Shown: in pieces, positions 52,573 to 61,382 of the stretch
How positions within the stretch are numbered: position 1 is the first letter of the stretch
Layout: each line of letters opens with the position of its first letter
Assembly (NCBI GenBank): GCA_965216325.1
Contig: OZ244160.1
Coordinates: 1,920,001 to 1,984,000, forward strand
Direction: 5' to 3'
From: Coraliomargarita sp.
GTDB lineage: Bacteria; Verrucomicrobiota; Verrucomicrobiia; Opitutales; Coraliomargaritaceae
DNA: 64,000 nucleotides
The notes under the pieces: model-generated
Told to the model about the DNA's origin: nothing
Databases searched by the model: none
The model's input: the letters and a program-made list of their open reading frames with translations, nothing else
Program-made: the position numbers and the translations under genes

Positions 52573-53760
52573 CTACGCCAAGATCGGTTCGGGTTTGGGC
52601 GCTGCGGGATCGGGCCGCGCGGTGGCGGCATTGACGAGTGGGTAATGGTATTCTTCGCCACTGAAGTTACGCATAATAATCGCCGTTTCCGTGATTTCCT
52701 TAATGTAATCCGGGTTGATTGGGATTTTTCCGCCCCCGCCGGGTGCATCGATTACGAACTGTGGGATGGCGTAACCTGTTGTGTGGCCACGCAGGGAACG
52801 GATGATCTCGATGCCCTCGCGCGGGTCGGCACGCAGGTGAGCGCTGCCGGTGATGAGATCGCACTGGTAAAGGTAGTAGGGGCGCACGCGCATCATCAGC
52901 AGGCGGTGAATCAAGGACTGCATGATGGCCGGATCGTTGTTCACGCCCTTGAGGAGCACCGACTGGTTGCCAATTGGGACCCCCGCAAAAGACAGGCGCT
53001 CGCAGGCGGCACGCAAGTCGTGGCTGCACTCATTCGGGTGGTTCACGTGAATGCTGAGCCAGATCGGACCGTGCTTTTTGAAAATTTCGCACAGCTCGGG
53101 TGTAATGCGCTGTGGAAGGAAGACCGGGATGCGTGAGCCGATGCGGATAAACTCGACATGCGGGATCTTGCTCAGTTCGCCGAGTAGATAGTCCAGCTTC
53201 TTGTCGGAGAGCAGGAGCGGATCGCCGCCGCTGAGCAGCACATCGCGGATCTCCGAATGCTCGCGGATATATTGTAGGCCGCTTTCGAATTCCGGGTGGA
53301 AGTTGTAATCCTGAGCGTTGGATACCAGACGGCTGCGGGTGCAGTAGCGACAGTAGGCCGCGCAACGGTCGGTCACGAGAAACAGCACGCGGTCCGGGTA
53401 GCGGTGCACAATGCCGTCCACTGGCTTGGTGTTTTCTTCGCCGACCGGATCGAGCAGCTCTTCGGGGGCGATTTCGGTCTCACCCGCGCGAGGCACGACC
53501 TGACGGCGAATCGGGTCATTCGGATCGCTCGGGTCGATCAAATTGAAAAAGTAGGGCGTGATCGCCAGCGCGAGTTTATTGTTGGCAAACAGACAGCCTG
53601 CACGCTCGTCTGGTGTGAGCTCCAGATGCTGCTCCAACTGCTCAAGCGAAGTAATGCGCTTGCGCAATTGCCAACTCCAGCTGTTCCAGTCCTTCGCGGG
53701 CACATCTGTCCAATGGCCTTGGCCCTGATGCCAGTTATCGAGTGCGTCGTTTGGATACAT
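52573..53760 (-). CDS. kamA: KamA-family radical SAM aminomutase (lysine 2,3-aminomutase-like)
   Basis: W.WQL..RI, DP.RRQ, HRYPDR, CAAYCRYCTR, LSGGDPL, NQSVLL.GVND, PYYLYQCD, VIDAPGGGGK. Confidence 0.88.
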   Translation of the reverse strand: MYPNDALDNWHQGQGHWTDVPAKDWNSWSWQLRKRITSLEQLEQHLELTPDERAGCLFANNKLALAITPYFFNLIDPSDPNDPIRRQVVPRAGETEIAPEELLDPVGEENTKPVDGIVHRYPDRVLFLVTDRCAAYCRYCTRSRLVSNAQDYNFHPEFESGLQYIREHSEIRDVLLSGGDPLLLSDKKLDYLLGELSKIPHVEFIRIGSRIPVFLPQRITPELCEIFKKHGPIWLSIHVNHPNECSHDLRAACERLSFAGVPIGNQSVLLKGVNNDPAIMQSLIHRLLMMRVRPYYLYQCDLITGSAHLRADPREGIEIIRSLRGHTTGYAIPQFVIDAPGGGGKIPINPDYIKEITETAIIMRNFSGEEYHYPLVNAATARPDPAAPKPEPILA

Positions 53761-53772
53761 AGAAGGTGTCGT

Positions 53773-53806
53773 ATACGAAGGTGAAAGGTATGAACGTGCG
53801 AAAGTT
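53773..53806. repeat. Orphan arm of the 8-mer family just upstream of kamA
   Basis: atacgaag gtgaaag gtatgaac gtgcgaaa. Confidence 0.55.
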
Positions 53807-53865
53807 TTAAGACTTACGACTTGCCGTATTATTCCATCGATGTATTGATATATTTCGATAAGTCA

Positions 53866-54174
53866 ATGGCAGCCGTAAAAACAGATGTAGACCTCGACAG
53901 CCTCGCCAAGCAGCTCTGGGCGCTTGGTGATCCGGTGCGTTTGCAAATCTTGCAGATGCTGCCGACCGAGCCGTCCTGTGAGAATGCCTGTAATGTGTCG
54001 AAGATTGCCGAGCGCATCGGTTTATCGCAGCCCTCGACTTCGCATCACCTGCGGGTGCTTCGCCAAGCGGGCATTGTTGTGGGTGAGAAGCGCTGCCGTG
54101 ATATGATCTACTGGGTCCAGCTGGATGAGGGTGCGGCGGTGAGTGATGCGCTCAAAGAGGTCCTAAGGGGCTGA
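53866..54174 (+). CDS. ArsR/SmtB family regulator
   Basis: ALGDP.RL.IL, C...CNV..IA..IGLSQP..SHHL.VLR.AG.V. Confidence 0.92.
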   Translation: MAAVKTDVDLDSLAKQLWALGDPVRLQILQMLPTEPSCENACNVSKIAERIGLSQPSTSHHLRVLRQAGIVVGEKRCRDMIYWVQLDEGAAVSDALKEVLRG

Positions 54175-54181
54175 TGCTCAT

Positions 54182-54258
54182 TCTTAATCCTAATCTTACT
54201 CTTAATCGTAATCGGCGCTGAGAGGGATTAAGATTATGATTAGGAGTAAGATTAAGAG
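54182..54258. repeat. Empty inverted hexamer-repeat hairpin (TAATCT)n/(AGATTA)n
   Basis: tcttaatcctaatcttactcttaatcgtaatc ... gattaagattatgattaggagtaagattaaga. Confidence 0.8.
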
Positions 54259-54271
54259 ATCATGTATTCAA

Positions 54272-54295
54272 CCGCCTAAAGGCGGGACCCCAACC
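54272..54295 (-). repeat. REP-like 24-mer identical to 22940-22963
   Basis: CCGCCTAAAGGCGGGACCCCAACC. Confidence 0.75.
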
Positions 54296-54299
54296 TGTG

Positions 54300-55175
54300 C
54301 TACCAATTGCTCTCTTTCTTGAAGAAGCCCCAGCTCGGTGCCTCCATGGGCACCGTGATTCGAAAGTCGACGCCCCACTCCGCGGCGTTGTTATCGTCGA
54401 GTAGGTAGTGCTTGTAGGCGATGGCGAATTTAACCGGATGATTCCGGATTAGCGTGAGCTGGCCGATGCCGATGCGCACGGGCGCGACCCAGGTGTTTTG
54501 TTCCCAATTACGCTGAAATTCCGCGTCGATGCCGACCGTTGTGCCGGTGCCAAAGGTATAAGTCAGTCGTGGTTCCATGCGGCTAAAGCTGACATCCTCG
54601 GCATCGCTATCGCCCTCGAAGGACCAGACGTGGCTAACGAGGATGCCTTTGGTCCAGCCGTTCTTTTGGCGATAGACGGCGATCGTAGGGCCGGCGCTGA
54701 CTTTGTCGGTGGTCAGGCCTGTCTCGGAGCCAGTGGGCAATACGATGGTGGGCCCCACGCCCCAATAGCTATCCCAGCCCATCGAGTGCTTGGGTGTAAA
54801 GAAGAAGGTCTGTCTCAGGTCGGACCAGCCTTCCTGTGAATCATTGCCAATGACATCGTTTTGGGTGATCCAGCTGATGTCGGTCTTGCTCAGAACATGC
54901 CAGTCATTACCCAGGATGAAGGGCACTTGTGGTGCAAAATTGGTCTCAAAGCGGCTGCCGCGCTCCTCGGGGCCGCTGCCCTCCTCATATCTGAAGGTCG
55001 TCGGCAGCACGAGGATGCGTGCCAGCGGATTCTCCAGTTTTTTTGAGAGATTCGGGTATTGCTCCTGAGCCGCCTCGCGGCGTTCCTGTGCGCCGGGAAG
55101 AATTTGTGCTGACCCAGTGTTGTGGCCGAGCAGTAGGCCTGTGAGTAGGAGCAGTGTGTGGGGGCGGGGGTTCAA
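54300..55175 (-). CDS. Putative outer-membrane beta-barrel protein
   Basis: Signal peptide (TTG start), L.KKL.NPLA, P.VP, G.SD....FF.P, WGVGP...LPT, K.SAGP, H.WS. Confidence 0.7.
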   Translation of the reverse strand: MNPRPHTLLLLTGLLLGHNTGSAQILPGAQERREAAQEQYPNLSKKLENPLARILVLPTTFRYEEGSGPEERGSRFETNFAPQVPFILGNDWHVLSKTDISWITQNDVIGNDSQEGWSDLRQTFFFTPKHSMGWDSYWGVGPTIVLPTGSETGLTTDKVSAGPTIAVYRQKNGWTKGILVSHVWSFEGDSDAEDVSFSRMEPRLTYTFGTGTTVGIDAEFQRNWEQNTWVAPVRIGIGQLTLIRNHPVKFAIAYKHYLLDDNNAAEWGVDFRITVPMEAPSWGFFKKESNW

Positions 55176-55263
55176 TAGCTCTAGGGTGACGCACCAGTGC
55201 GCACGCTACGACACCAAAATGAATGCTGTAGATGCTCCACTGGTGGATGCATTCGCTGGCGGT

Positions 55264-56523
55264 TTAGAAGGTCCAATTAAAGTTCGCAGCGAAGAAGTGC
55301 ACGGCGTTGGTGTCGTATTCGCCCTTAAGGTCGCCTCGGACGGGATTGCCGGTGATGTCTACTTCAGCCGGGCCGAGGTCCATGTATTCGTAGGCGAGGC
55401 CAACGCTCATGTTCTCTTTGAGTTGATAGTTGAAGCCGGTCGCGAAGCGCCAGATTCGGTCGAACGGAACGTCAGGGGAGCGGTCTTCGGCTTTATCGAT
55501 TGGAGAGGTGTCGTGGCTAATGCCGAAGGACCAGCGCAGCTCTGGATTGATCTGATATTGTGCGCCGAGTGCGAAGTGCCAAGTGTCGTCGAAATTGAGA
55601 TCCTTTTCGAGGTCGTTTGGATTGTCGCTGGTAATCGAGAGTTCTTGCTTGCCGAACTCGCTCCATTCTTGCCAAGCGATGCTGCCCATGATCGACCACT
55701 TTTCGTTAATGTCATGGTGGATGCCGAGCAGGATACTTTGCGGCACGTTGAGGTCGAGGTCAGCTTTGGCGTCGCCGATTGCAGCGCCTAAAATTGGGCC
55801 CAGGTTTGAAAATTCCAAGGCATCTTCAAACTCGAGATCGACCTGAGAGCGATAGCTGAGACCGAGGCGCGTGTCTTCGTTTACCTCGAACATCAACCCG
55901 AGGTTATAGCCGAAACCAAATGTGTCGTCTTCCAGTTTGAGTTGTCCGTCACCCTGCCCGAAATCGAGAAAGTTATTAATCGCTGCGCGTTGGTCGAGTG
56001 TGGAATAGAAGAAATTCACACCAGCGCCGACTGACCAGCGCTCGTTGAGGCGATAGCCGACCGATGGGTTGAGGCCCATTGTCAGTAGCTCGGCTTGGGT
56101 TACGTAGTAGCGACCTTCCCAGTCGTCACCATAGTCAAGCCCGAGTCCGAAGTAGGAGCCGAATGCCAGTCCAAACGCGAGGTCCTCGCTGTGTTTGTAA
56201 ACATAGGATGTGCTACCACTGGGGATGATGCCTCCGGCGTTGCCGCCATCGCCGCCACCGTTAACGTTGGTCTCGCTATCGAAGCGGGCGTTCACATAGA
56301 GGATCTGTGCGGTTACCGTGAGGCTGTGTTCTTCTGTGAGCAGTGGCATGCCTGCTGGATTGCCTCCAGCGATCGAGGCGTCGCGAGCAGTTGCTGCACG
56401 GCCTGCGGTTGCAGCGCCGAGGTCTTCAGTGCCAGTTTCATGCAGCCAAAGCCCTGCGGCTTGAATGCTTGAAGTGATTGCGAACGCACCGAGTGCCAGG
56501 GGTGCTAGTTGTGGTAACTTCAT
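55264..56523 (-). CDS. OmpP1/FadL/TodX outer-membrane transporter
   Basis: AGL.L.E......G.A.AG..A...DAS....NPAG, FGLG.DY...W.GRY, NPSV.YR, DTWH.A.G; C-terminal F. Confidence 0.9.
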   Translation of the reverse strand: MKLPQLAPLALGAFAITSSIQAAGLWLHETGTEDLGAATAGRAATARDASIAGGNPAGMPLLTEEHSLTVTAQILYVNARFDSETNVNGGGDGGNAGGIIPSGSTSYVYKHSEDLAFGLAFGSYFGLGLDYGDDWEGRYYVTQAELLTMGLNPSVGYRLNERWSVGAGVNFFYSTLDQRAAINNFLDFGQGDGQLKLEDDTFGFGYNLGLMFEVNEDTRLGLSYRSQVDLEFEDALEFSNLGPILGAAIGDAKADLDLNVPQSILLGIHHDINEKWSIMGSIAWQEWSEFGKQELSITSDNPNDLEKDLNFDDTWHFALGAQYQINPELRWSFGISHDTSPIDKAEDRSPDVPFDRIWRFATGFNYQLKENMSVGLAYEYMDLGPAEVDITGNPVRGDLKGEYDTNAVHFFAANFNWTF

Positions 56524-56544
56524 TGGGTAGTTCGTGTGTGTAAA

Positions 56545-56608
56545 GTAGAAGCGGCATCTTGCCGCTTTATGTGAGGCTCGGTTGAAAGCGGCTAGATGCC
56601 GCTTCTCC
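56545..56608. repeat. REPIN-like pair
   Basis: GTAGAAGCGGCATCTTGCCGC ... GCGGCTAGATGCCGCTTCTCC. Confidence 0.7.
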
Positions 56609-56641
56609 TTTAAGGACTAGGGTCAATATGCCTATCGATGT

Positions 56642-56674
56642 AAAAAAGTGCGAGCCCGTTTTTGGACTCGCACT
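56642..56674 (-). terminator. Terminator downstream of the sulfatase
   Basis: Minus strand AGTGCGAGTCC-aaaaac-GGGCTCGCACT-TTTTT. Confidence 0.7.
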
Positions 56675-56792
56675 GGTGCGTAAGTGATTTCGCTTAGACT
56701 TTTTTGAATTCCCGTTGCTTGAGCTGGGCCATGTCGCGGGCGTGCGGAACGCTCGTTGTAGGGGCGCGACTTGACGCGCCCGCGCCCATCGC

Positions 56793-58355
56793 TTAGTTGC
56801 CCGGGCGTTCAATCAAGCCCTTCTCGCCGAGTTGCTGTAGGATTTGCAGTGCTTTGAGCGACTGGTAATTGATCCCGCCGGCATTCAGATTCTGACCTTC
56901 TTGGAATGGGTATTCACCGATGGTGCTGAAGAACTGTTGGATCTGATCCTGTACGGGAACGAAGAGCCACATGTTGTCCGCCATCCAGCGCAGATACATC
57001 GCAGAGTGTTCCCAAGCATGCTCATAAGGGTCGGCTTTCAGGTGTATCACGATGGGCCATGCTTGCTCGAAGCGAACCGAGTCAGTGATGTTTCCTTCTT
57101 GGTGCGCGAAGTGGATCTTCCAGTCGTTCCAACGCAGTGCATTCAAATTGCCAATCGGATCGAAGTAGAGGATCTGGTCGCGTGGGCTTTCGTCAGAGGC
57201 GCCGCTGAGGTAATCGGTGAGGTCGTAGCCGTCGAGGTGCACGCGCCATTCTTTGCCGTTGGCAGTGTGGCCTTCCTTGAGTTTCGCAACGATGTCTGTT
57301 TCACCGGCAGCAGAGAGGAGGGTTGGCATCCAGTCTTCATGGGAAACGATATCGTTAAACTTGCTGCCGGGTTGGATAACACCCGGCCACTTAACCACGA
57401 GTGGCACGCGGAAGCCACCTTCCCATGTGGTGCCTTTTTCGCCCTTGAAAGGAGTGATGCCGCCGTCTGGCCAGGAGACGGTTTCCGCGCCGTTGTCGGT
57501 GCTGTAGATCACGATGGTATTCTCGGTAATGCCGAGTTCGTCGAGCTTCGCCAGTAGTTGGCCCACATGGCCGTCGTGCTCTGCCATGCCGTCTGGGTAG
57601 AGGCCGATGCCGGTGAGGCCAACCGACTCTGGCTTCAGTCGAGTCCACACGTGCATGCGGGTGCTGTTGAACCACATGAAGAAGGGCTTGTCGGCAGCAT
57701 GTGCGCGATCGATGAAGTCGAGTCCGGATGCAAGGAACTCCTCGTCGGCGGTTTCCATGCGCTTGCGCGTCATGGGGCCGGTGTCCTCGATCTTACCGTC
57801 TGCAGTTGATTTGATGACGCCGCGTGGGCCATACTTTTCGCGGAACTCAGGATCCTTTGGATAGTGATAGGTCTCAGGTTCCTCTTCCGCATTCAAGTGG
57901 TAGAGGTTACCAAAGAACTCATCGAAGCCGTGTGCGGTGGGGAGGTGTTGATCTTGGTCGCCTAGGTGGTTTTTACCATACTGAGCGGTCATATAGCCGT
58001 GGTCTTTGACTAAGTCGGCGATGGTGGGAGCCCAGTTGGGAATGCCGTGGTCGGAGCCTGGCATGCCGATCGTGAGCAGACCGGTGCGGAAGGGGTGCTG
58101 CCCCAAAATAAAGGATGCGCGGCCGGCGGTGCAGCTTTGTTGCGCATAGGCATCCGTGAACAGCGCGCCCTCGTTGGCGAGGCGATCGATGTTGGGCGTC
58201 TTGTAACCCATGATGCCGTGATTGTAGGCGCTGATGTTGTGCACGCCGACGTCGTCTCCCCAGATGACGAGGATGTTGGGCTTGTCAGCAGCCTGTGAGT
58301 TGGTCGCAGCAGCAAGGCCAAAGCCGAGGACTGCAGAGGTGATCCATGTTTTCAT
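56793..58355 (-). CDS. Secreted S1 (formylglycine-dependent) arylsulfatase
   Basis: KPNIL.IWGDD.G, TPNID.LA.EG, SCTAGRASF (CxAxR), GKNHLG, GFDEF.G, TDNG, KGTTWEGG.RVP. Confidence 0.95.
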   Translation of the reverse strand: MKTWITSAVLGFGLAAATNSQAADKPNILVIWGDDVGVHNISAYNHGIMGYKTPNIDRLANEGALFTDAYAQQSCTAGRASFILGQHPFRTGLLTIGMPGSDHGIPNWAPTIADLVKDHGYMTAQYGKNHLGDQDQHLPTAHGFDEFFGNLYHLNAEEEPETYHYPKDPEFREKYGPRGVIKSTADGKIEDTGPMTRKRMETADEEFLASGLDFIDRAHAADKPFFMWFNSTRMHVWTRLKPESVGLTGIGLYPDGMAEHDGHVGQLLAKLDELGITENTIVIYSTDNGAETVSWPDGGITPFKGEKGTTWEGGFRVPLVVKWPGVIQPGSKFNDIVSHEDWMPTLLSAAGETDIVAKLKEGHTANGKEWRVHLDGYDLTDYLSGASDESPRDQILYFDPIGNLNALRWNDWKIHFAHQEGNITDSVRFEQAWPIVIHLKADPYEHAWEHSAMYLRWMADNMWLFVPVQDQIQQFFSTIGEYPFQEGQNLNAGGINYQSLKALQILQQLGEKGLIERPGN

Positions 58356-58381
58356 ATGATGTTGTGGTTTAGGTAGTAGAA

Positions 58382-59773
58382 TTAAAGATTCAGCGGGGGT
58401 AGGATTGCGTCCGCTTTGGAGAGTTTATGTGGCTTCGATTGTTGGTGATGCTTCCGAGCCTGTGAGAGGCCGGTCGAAAATTGCTTTAGGTTGTGCACTG
58501 CCTGCGGGTTGCTAAGCAGCTGCTGTGCGATCGCTTGGGTTGTTGTGTCTGCATACGTGGCGAAAAACGGACTGGGGCTTTGTCCGATGTAATCGAGCCA
58601 GCGCAGTAATGCGTTGAGCGTTTCGTTTGGAGATTCGTTGCGTAGGGCATGGGTGACTTGCTTGAATACAGCAGCTTCAGAGTGCACGTGATCGGACACT
58701 GCTCGTTTCCATCGGTAATAAATAAAGAAAACTAGGCCGATGCCGAACACAATCAAAAGTATCGGTGTTATTTTTAGGTGACGTGCACTCACGTCAGTGG
58801 AGAGTGGATGTGTCGTGCCACCGCCTGTGATGCTGAGCTGTCTTCCGTCTAGAGTTATTGTTTGTAGTTCCTGCGTCTCGGGGTGCCACCATTGGAATTG
58901 ATAGCTTGGTAGCTTCGGGGTCGCATTGTGTTCGAAGACATAGGTGGCCGATTCAGTTCGTATGGCAGTTGACTGCTCCTCACGCAGTTGTGGGCTTTCC
59001 GGATAAGCAGATAAGCCGTCGATTTGTTCTTCTCGCAGCGGTGGGAGGACCATCGCAGGTAAATCGTCAGCGCGGAGAGTAATGCTTCGCTTGAGGGCGC
59101 CGCCTACGGTGAACTCGTTCTGGTTCGGCTCCCATTGTTGAGTTGCCGTAAACTTTGGGCTGACGATCAGTGGCAAATCCGTGCGACTGCCTTCCGGTAG
59201 TTGCGTAGTGAATATAATTGCCTCGGTTTGTGTGCTGACTTCTCGCGTGGAGTTTTGTGCGCCCCAGGTTTGAATGCGCACTTTCAGCTCAATCGGGGGG
59301 AGCATTTGCTCGCCGACACGTTGTGGGTAGATGGAGAGCTGATAGCGCTGACCGGTGTAGCTGGCCCCGTCGATAGTCTCGTTCAACCGCACGCGACTAT
59401 TACCCGAGGGGCGCACGTAACTGCCGGGCACCTCGACTTCACTCAGGTCCGCGATCTGTGCCCAGCCATCTTTGCCCAGTACGTCGATTTGTAGCTGCAT
59501 GCGTTGGCCGACCCAGACCTTCTCTGGGCTCAGTTGAGTGCGCACGATGACGTCTTCGGCAATTAGGGTATGCACTGTTAGTAGTATGAGTGCGCAGCAC
59601 AGGCGTAGGGGCGTTGCTTGCAACGCCCGCGGTATGAATTGCCTTACAGCTGCGGCGGGCTTCGCCCCTCGATAGACTCGGGGCCTTGAGCTGCGCGAAA
59701 CGGCAAGCAGAGCGCCTACGTATTCTACGTGGTGGCAACGACGGAGCGTTGCCCTCCATTGAGCGATACGCAT
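58382..59773 (-). CDS. BatD-like protein with REP-derived N-terminal extension
   Basis: WVGQ..L.I.V, Y.IYPQR.G, G....R.I...A, YP..P, LP.....WW; TGATG overlap with the upstream gene. Confidence 0.78.
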   Translation of the reverse strand: MRIAQWRATLRRCHHVEYVGALLAVSRSSRPRVYRGAKPAAAVRQFIPRALQATPLRLCCALILLTVHTLIAEDVIVRTQLSPEKVWVGQRMQLQIDVLGKDGWAQIADLSEVEVPGSYVRPSGNSRVRLNETIDGASYTGQRYQLSIYPQRVGEQMLPPIELKVRIQTWGAQNSTREVSTQTEAIIFTTQLPEGSRTDLPLIVSPKFTATQQWEPNQNEFTVGGALKRSITLRADDLPAMVLPPLREEQIDGLSAYPESPQLREEQSTAIRTESATYVFEHNATPKLPSYQFQWWHPETQELQTITLDGRQLSITGGGTTHPLSTDVSARHLKITPILLIVFGIGLVFFIYYRWKRAVSDHVHSEAAVFKQVTHALRNESPNETLNALLRWLDYIGQSPSPFFATYADTTTQAIAQQLLSNPQAVHNLKQFSTGLSQARKHHQQSKPHKLSKADAILPPLNL

Positions 59774-60492
59774 CAGTTGCCACCTCCTTGTTGTTGCAGC
59801 TGAGTGCGGAACTTCGACTTCAAGAAGTCGGCTGGATCGGTTTGCACTTGTCGCAGCCAGACGGCGCGCAGCTCGGCGTCGCTCATTTCTGCACCTTGAA
59901 TCACCTCGCTTTGGTTCGTGTCGTTCTGCTGCTGGCTTGGGTTGTCGTTGATCACGAAGTCGTCGGCGCCGATCTTACCATCGGTCATATTCGCACCTTG
60001 AAAATTAAGCGCTTCTGCGCGGGCTAAGGCGATTGCACGGTTGGCTTGTGCTGCCTCCCAATTCGAGCGGTGTTCGAGTGCGCGCTCGTAGCGTTGGGCG
60101 GCTTCTGTGTAGTTCCCCTGAAAGAGTAAGGCGTTGCCGTGGTTAAAGCAGCCCTCTGAAGTGTCGTAGCCTGCAAAAATTCCGGCAGCCTGTTTGAAGT
60201 CTCCTGTGCGATAGAGTACGATGGCACGCCAATAGCTATCGACGAATGTCTGGCTCGCTTCCGTGTATTCAGATTTAGAATACAGAGTGTAGCCTTTCTG
60301 GTCGGCAGTGCGCAGCGGTGCTCCGGAGAGAAGAAAGCCGGCGAGTGTAAGCGCTGAGATTGTCCACGATACTTTCACCGCGTATGTAGGTAGCGCAGCC
60401 GCGTCTCGCGGCGCACCACGTTGTTGCAAGCTATGCCGTCTGTTTGTTCCTGCGGATCGGGGACGCTCCTGCGCTACCTTTCGAAGGCTCAT
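59773..60492 (-). CDS. TPR protein (BatC-like) with REP-derived N-terminus
   Basis: T.DQ.G, Y.EA...F.D..W, YR.GDF..A, FNHGNAL...G.Y..A...YE.AL, WLR.V..DPA.FL..KF; ATGA overlap with the upstream stop. Confidence 0.82.
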   Translation of the reverse strand: MSLRKVAQERPRSAGTNRRHSLQQRGAPRDAAALPTYAVKVSWTISALTLAGFLLSGAPLRTADQKGYTLYSKSEYTEASQTFVDSYWRAIVLYRTGDFKQAAGIFAGYDTSEGCFNHGNALLFQGNYTEAAQRYERALEHRSNWEAAQANRAIALARAEALNFQGANMTDGKIGADDFVINDNPSQQQNDTNQSEVIQGAEMSDAELRAVWLRQVQTDPADFLKSKFRTQLQQQGGGN

Positions 60493-61382
60493 GGCTGCCA
60501 TCCTTTCCGAAAGAATGCGAGAAACAGCAATGCGATGATCGGAATGAGGGCCGTGCCGCTGTCTTGCCAGCGCTGGCTGCCGCTGAGTGCTTGTGAGTAA
60601 CTGAACTGCGAGCGGGCGCGGCGGTTGATTTGCTCAATTTCGCTCTGGTCAAAACTGAAGGACGCAATCGACGCGCCGAGGCGTCTGGCCTGGGTTTGGA
60701 TGCCTGTCGGAATCGGCGAACCTGGTGTGTGCAGTGCAAGGATTTGAATGGGCAGCTCGGTGTCTGCCTCGCGACTGTCGATGATCTCGTCGGTGATGAT
60801 CAACACGGAGCCGGGGATCTGTGCCCGCTCGAACTGTGCTCCGGCCAGCTGCAGCGCTTCACTCAAAGCATCGCCTTGGCGCGGCATGATATCAGGACTC
60901 AAGCTCTCGGCCATAGTTGAAACAATCCGTCCGTCACGGGTGAGCGGCATGACCAGATGCGCGCTGCCGTTGTAGGCGATCAGTCCGGTTGCCGCGCTTT
61001 CACGCAGTTCGAGTAGATCGGTCAGCTTATGACGGGCACGCTCTAGGCGGGTCGGCTGCAGATCGGTCGCCAGCATGGTTGGGCTGACTCGCAGGAGTAC
61101 AAAGAGGCCAGCTTGCTCATCGGCGAATGGTGAGGGCTCTTGCTTCCAGCTTGGGCCTGCTAAGGCGAGTAAGCTTAACAGCCATACGATACCGAGCATG
61201 TGGATTGGTCGAAAGCCACGCATCGCTTCCACATCGACCAGCAGGTGTTTGAGCAGGTGTCGATCGACGACTTTTGCGAGTGCTCCTAAAGTTCCTGTTC
61301 TGCGCCATGCCAGCCACCAAATGAGCAGGGTGGGGAGCACTGCCAACAACCACAGCGGACGGAGGAAGTGAAACTCAGCCAT
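60489..61382 (-). CDS. VWA domain protein (BatB-like, degenerate MIDAS)
   Basis: FHFLRPLWLL, ALAGPSW, S.TM.A.D..P.RL.RA, GLIAY.GSAH.V.PLT.D. Confidence 0.88.
   Translation of the reverse strand: MAEFHFLRPLWLLAVLPTLLIWWLAWRRTGTLGALAKVVDRHLLKHLLVDVEAMRGFRPIHMLGIVWLLSLLALAGPSWKQEPSPFADEQAGLFVLLRVSPTMLATDLQPTRLERARHKLTDLLELRESAATGLIAYNGSAHLVMPLTRDGRIVSTMAESLSPDIMPRQGDALSEALQLAGAQFERAQIPGSVLIITDEIIDSREADTELPIQILALHTPGSPIPTGIQTQARRLGASIASFSFDQSEIEQINRRARSQFSYSQALSGSQRWQDSGTALIPIIALLFLAFFRKGWQP

Noticed and set aside
44034..57557. Long ORFs 44034-44708, 49818-50567, 55117-55791 and 56844-57557
   Set aside because: All overlap well-supported genes on the opposite strand and lack motifs.
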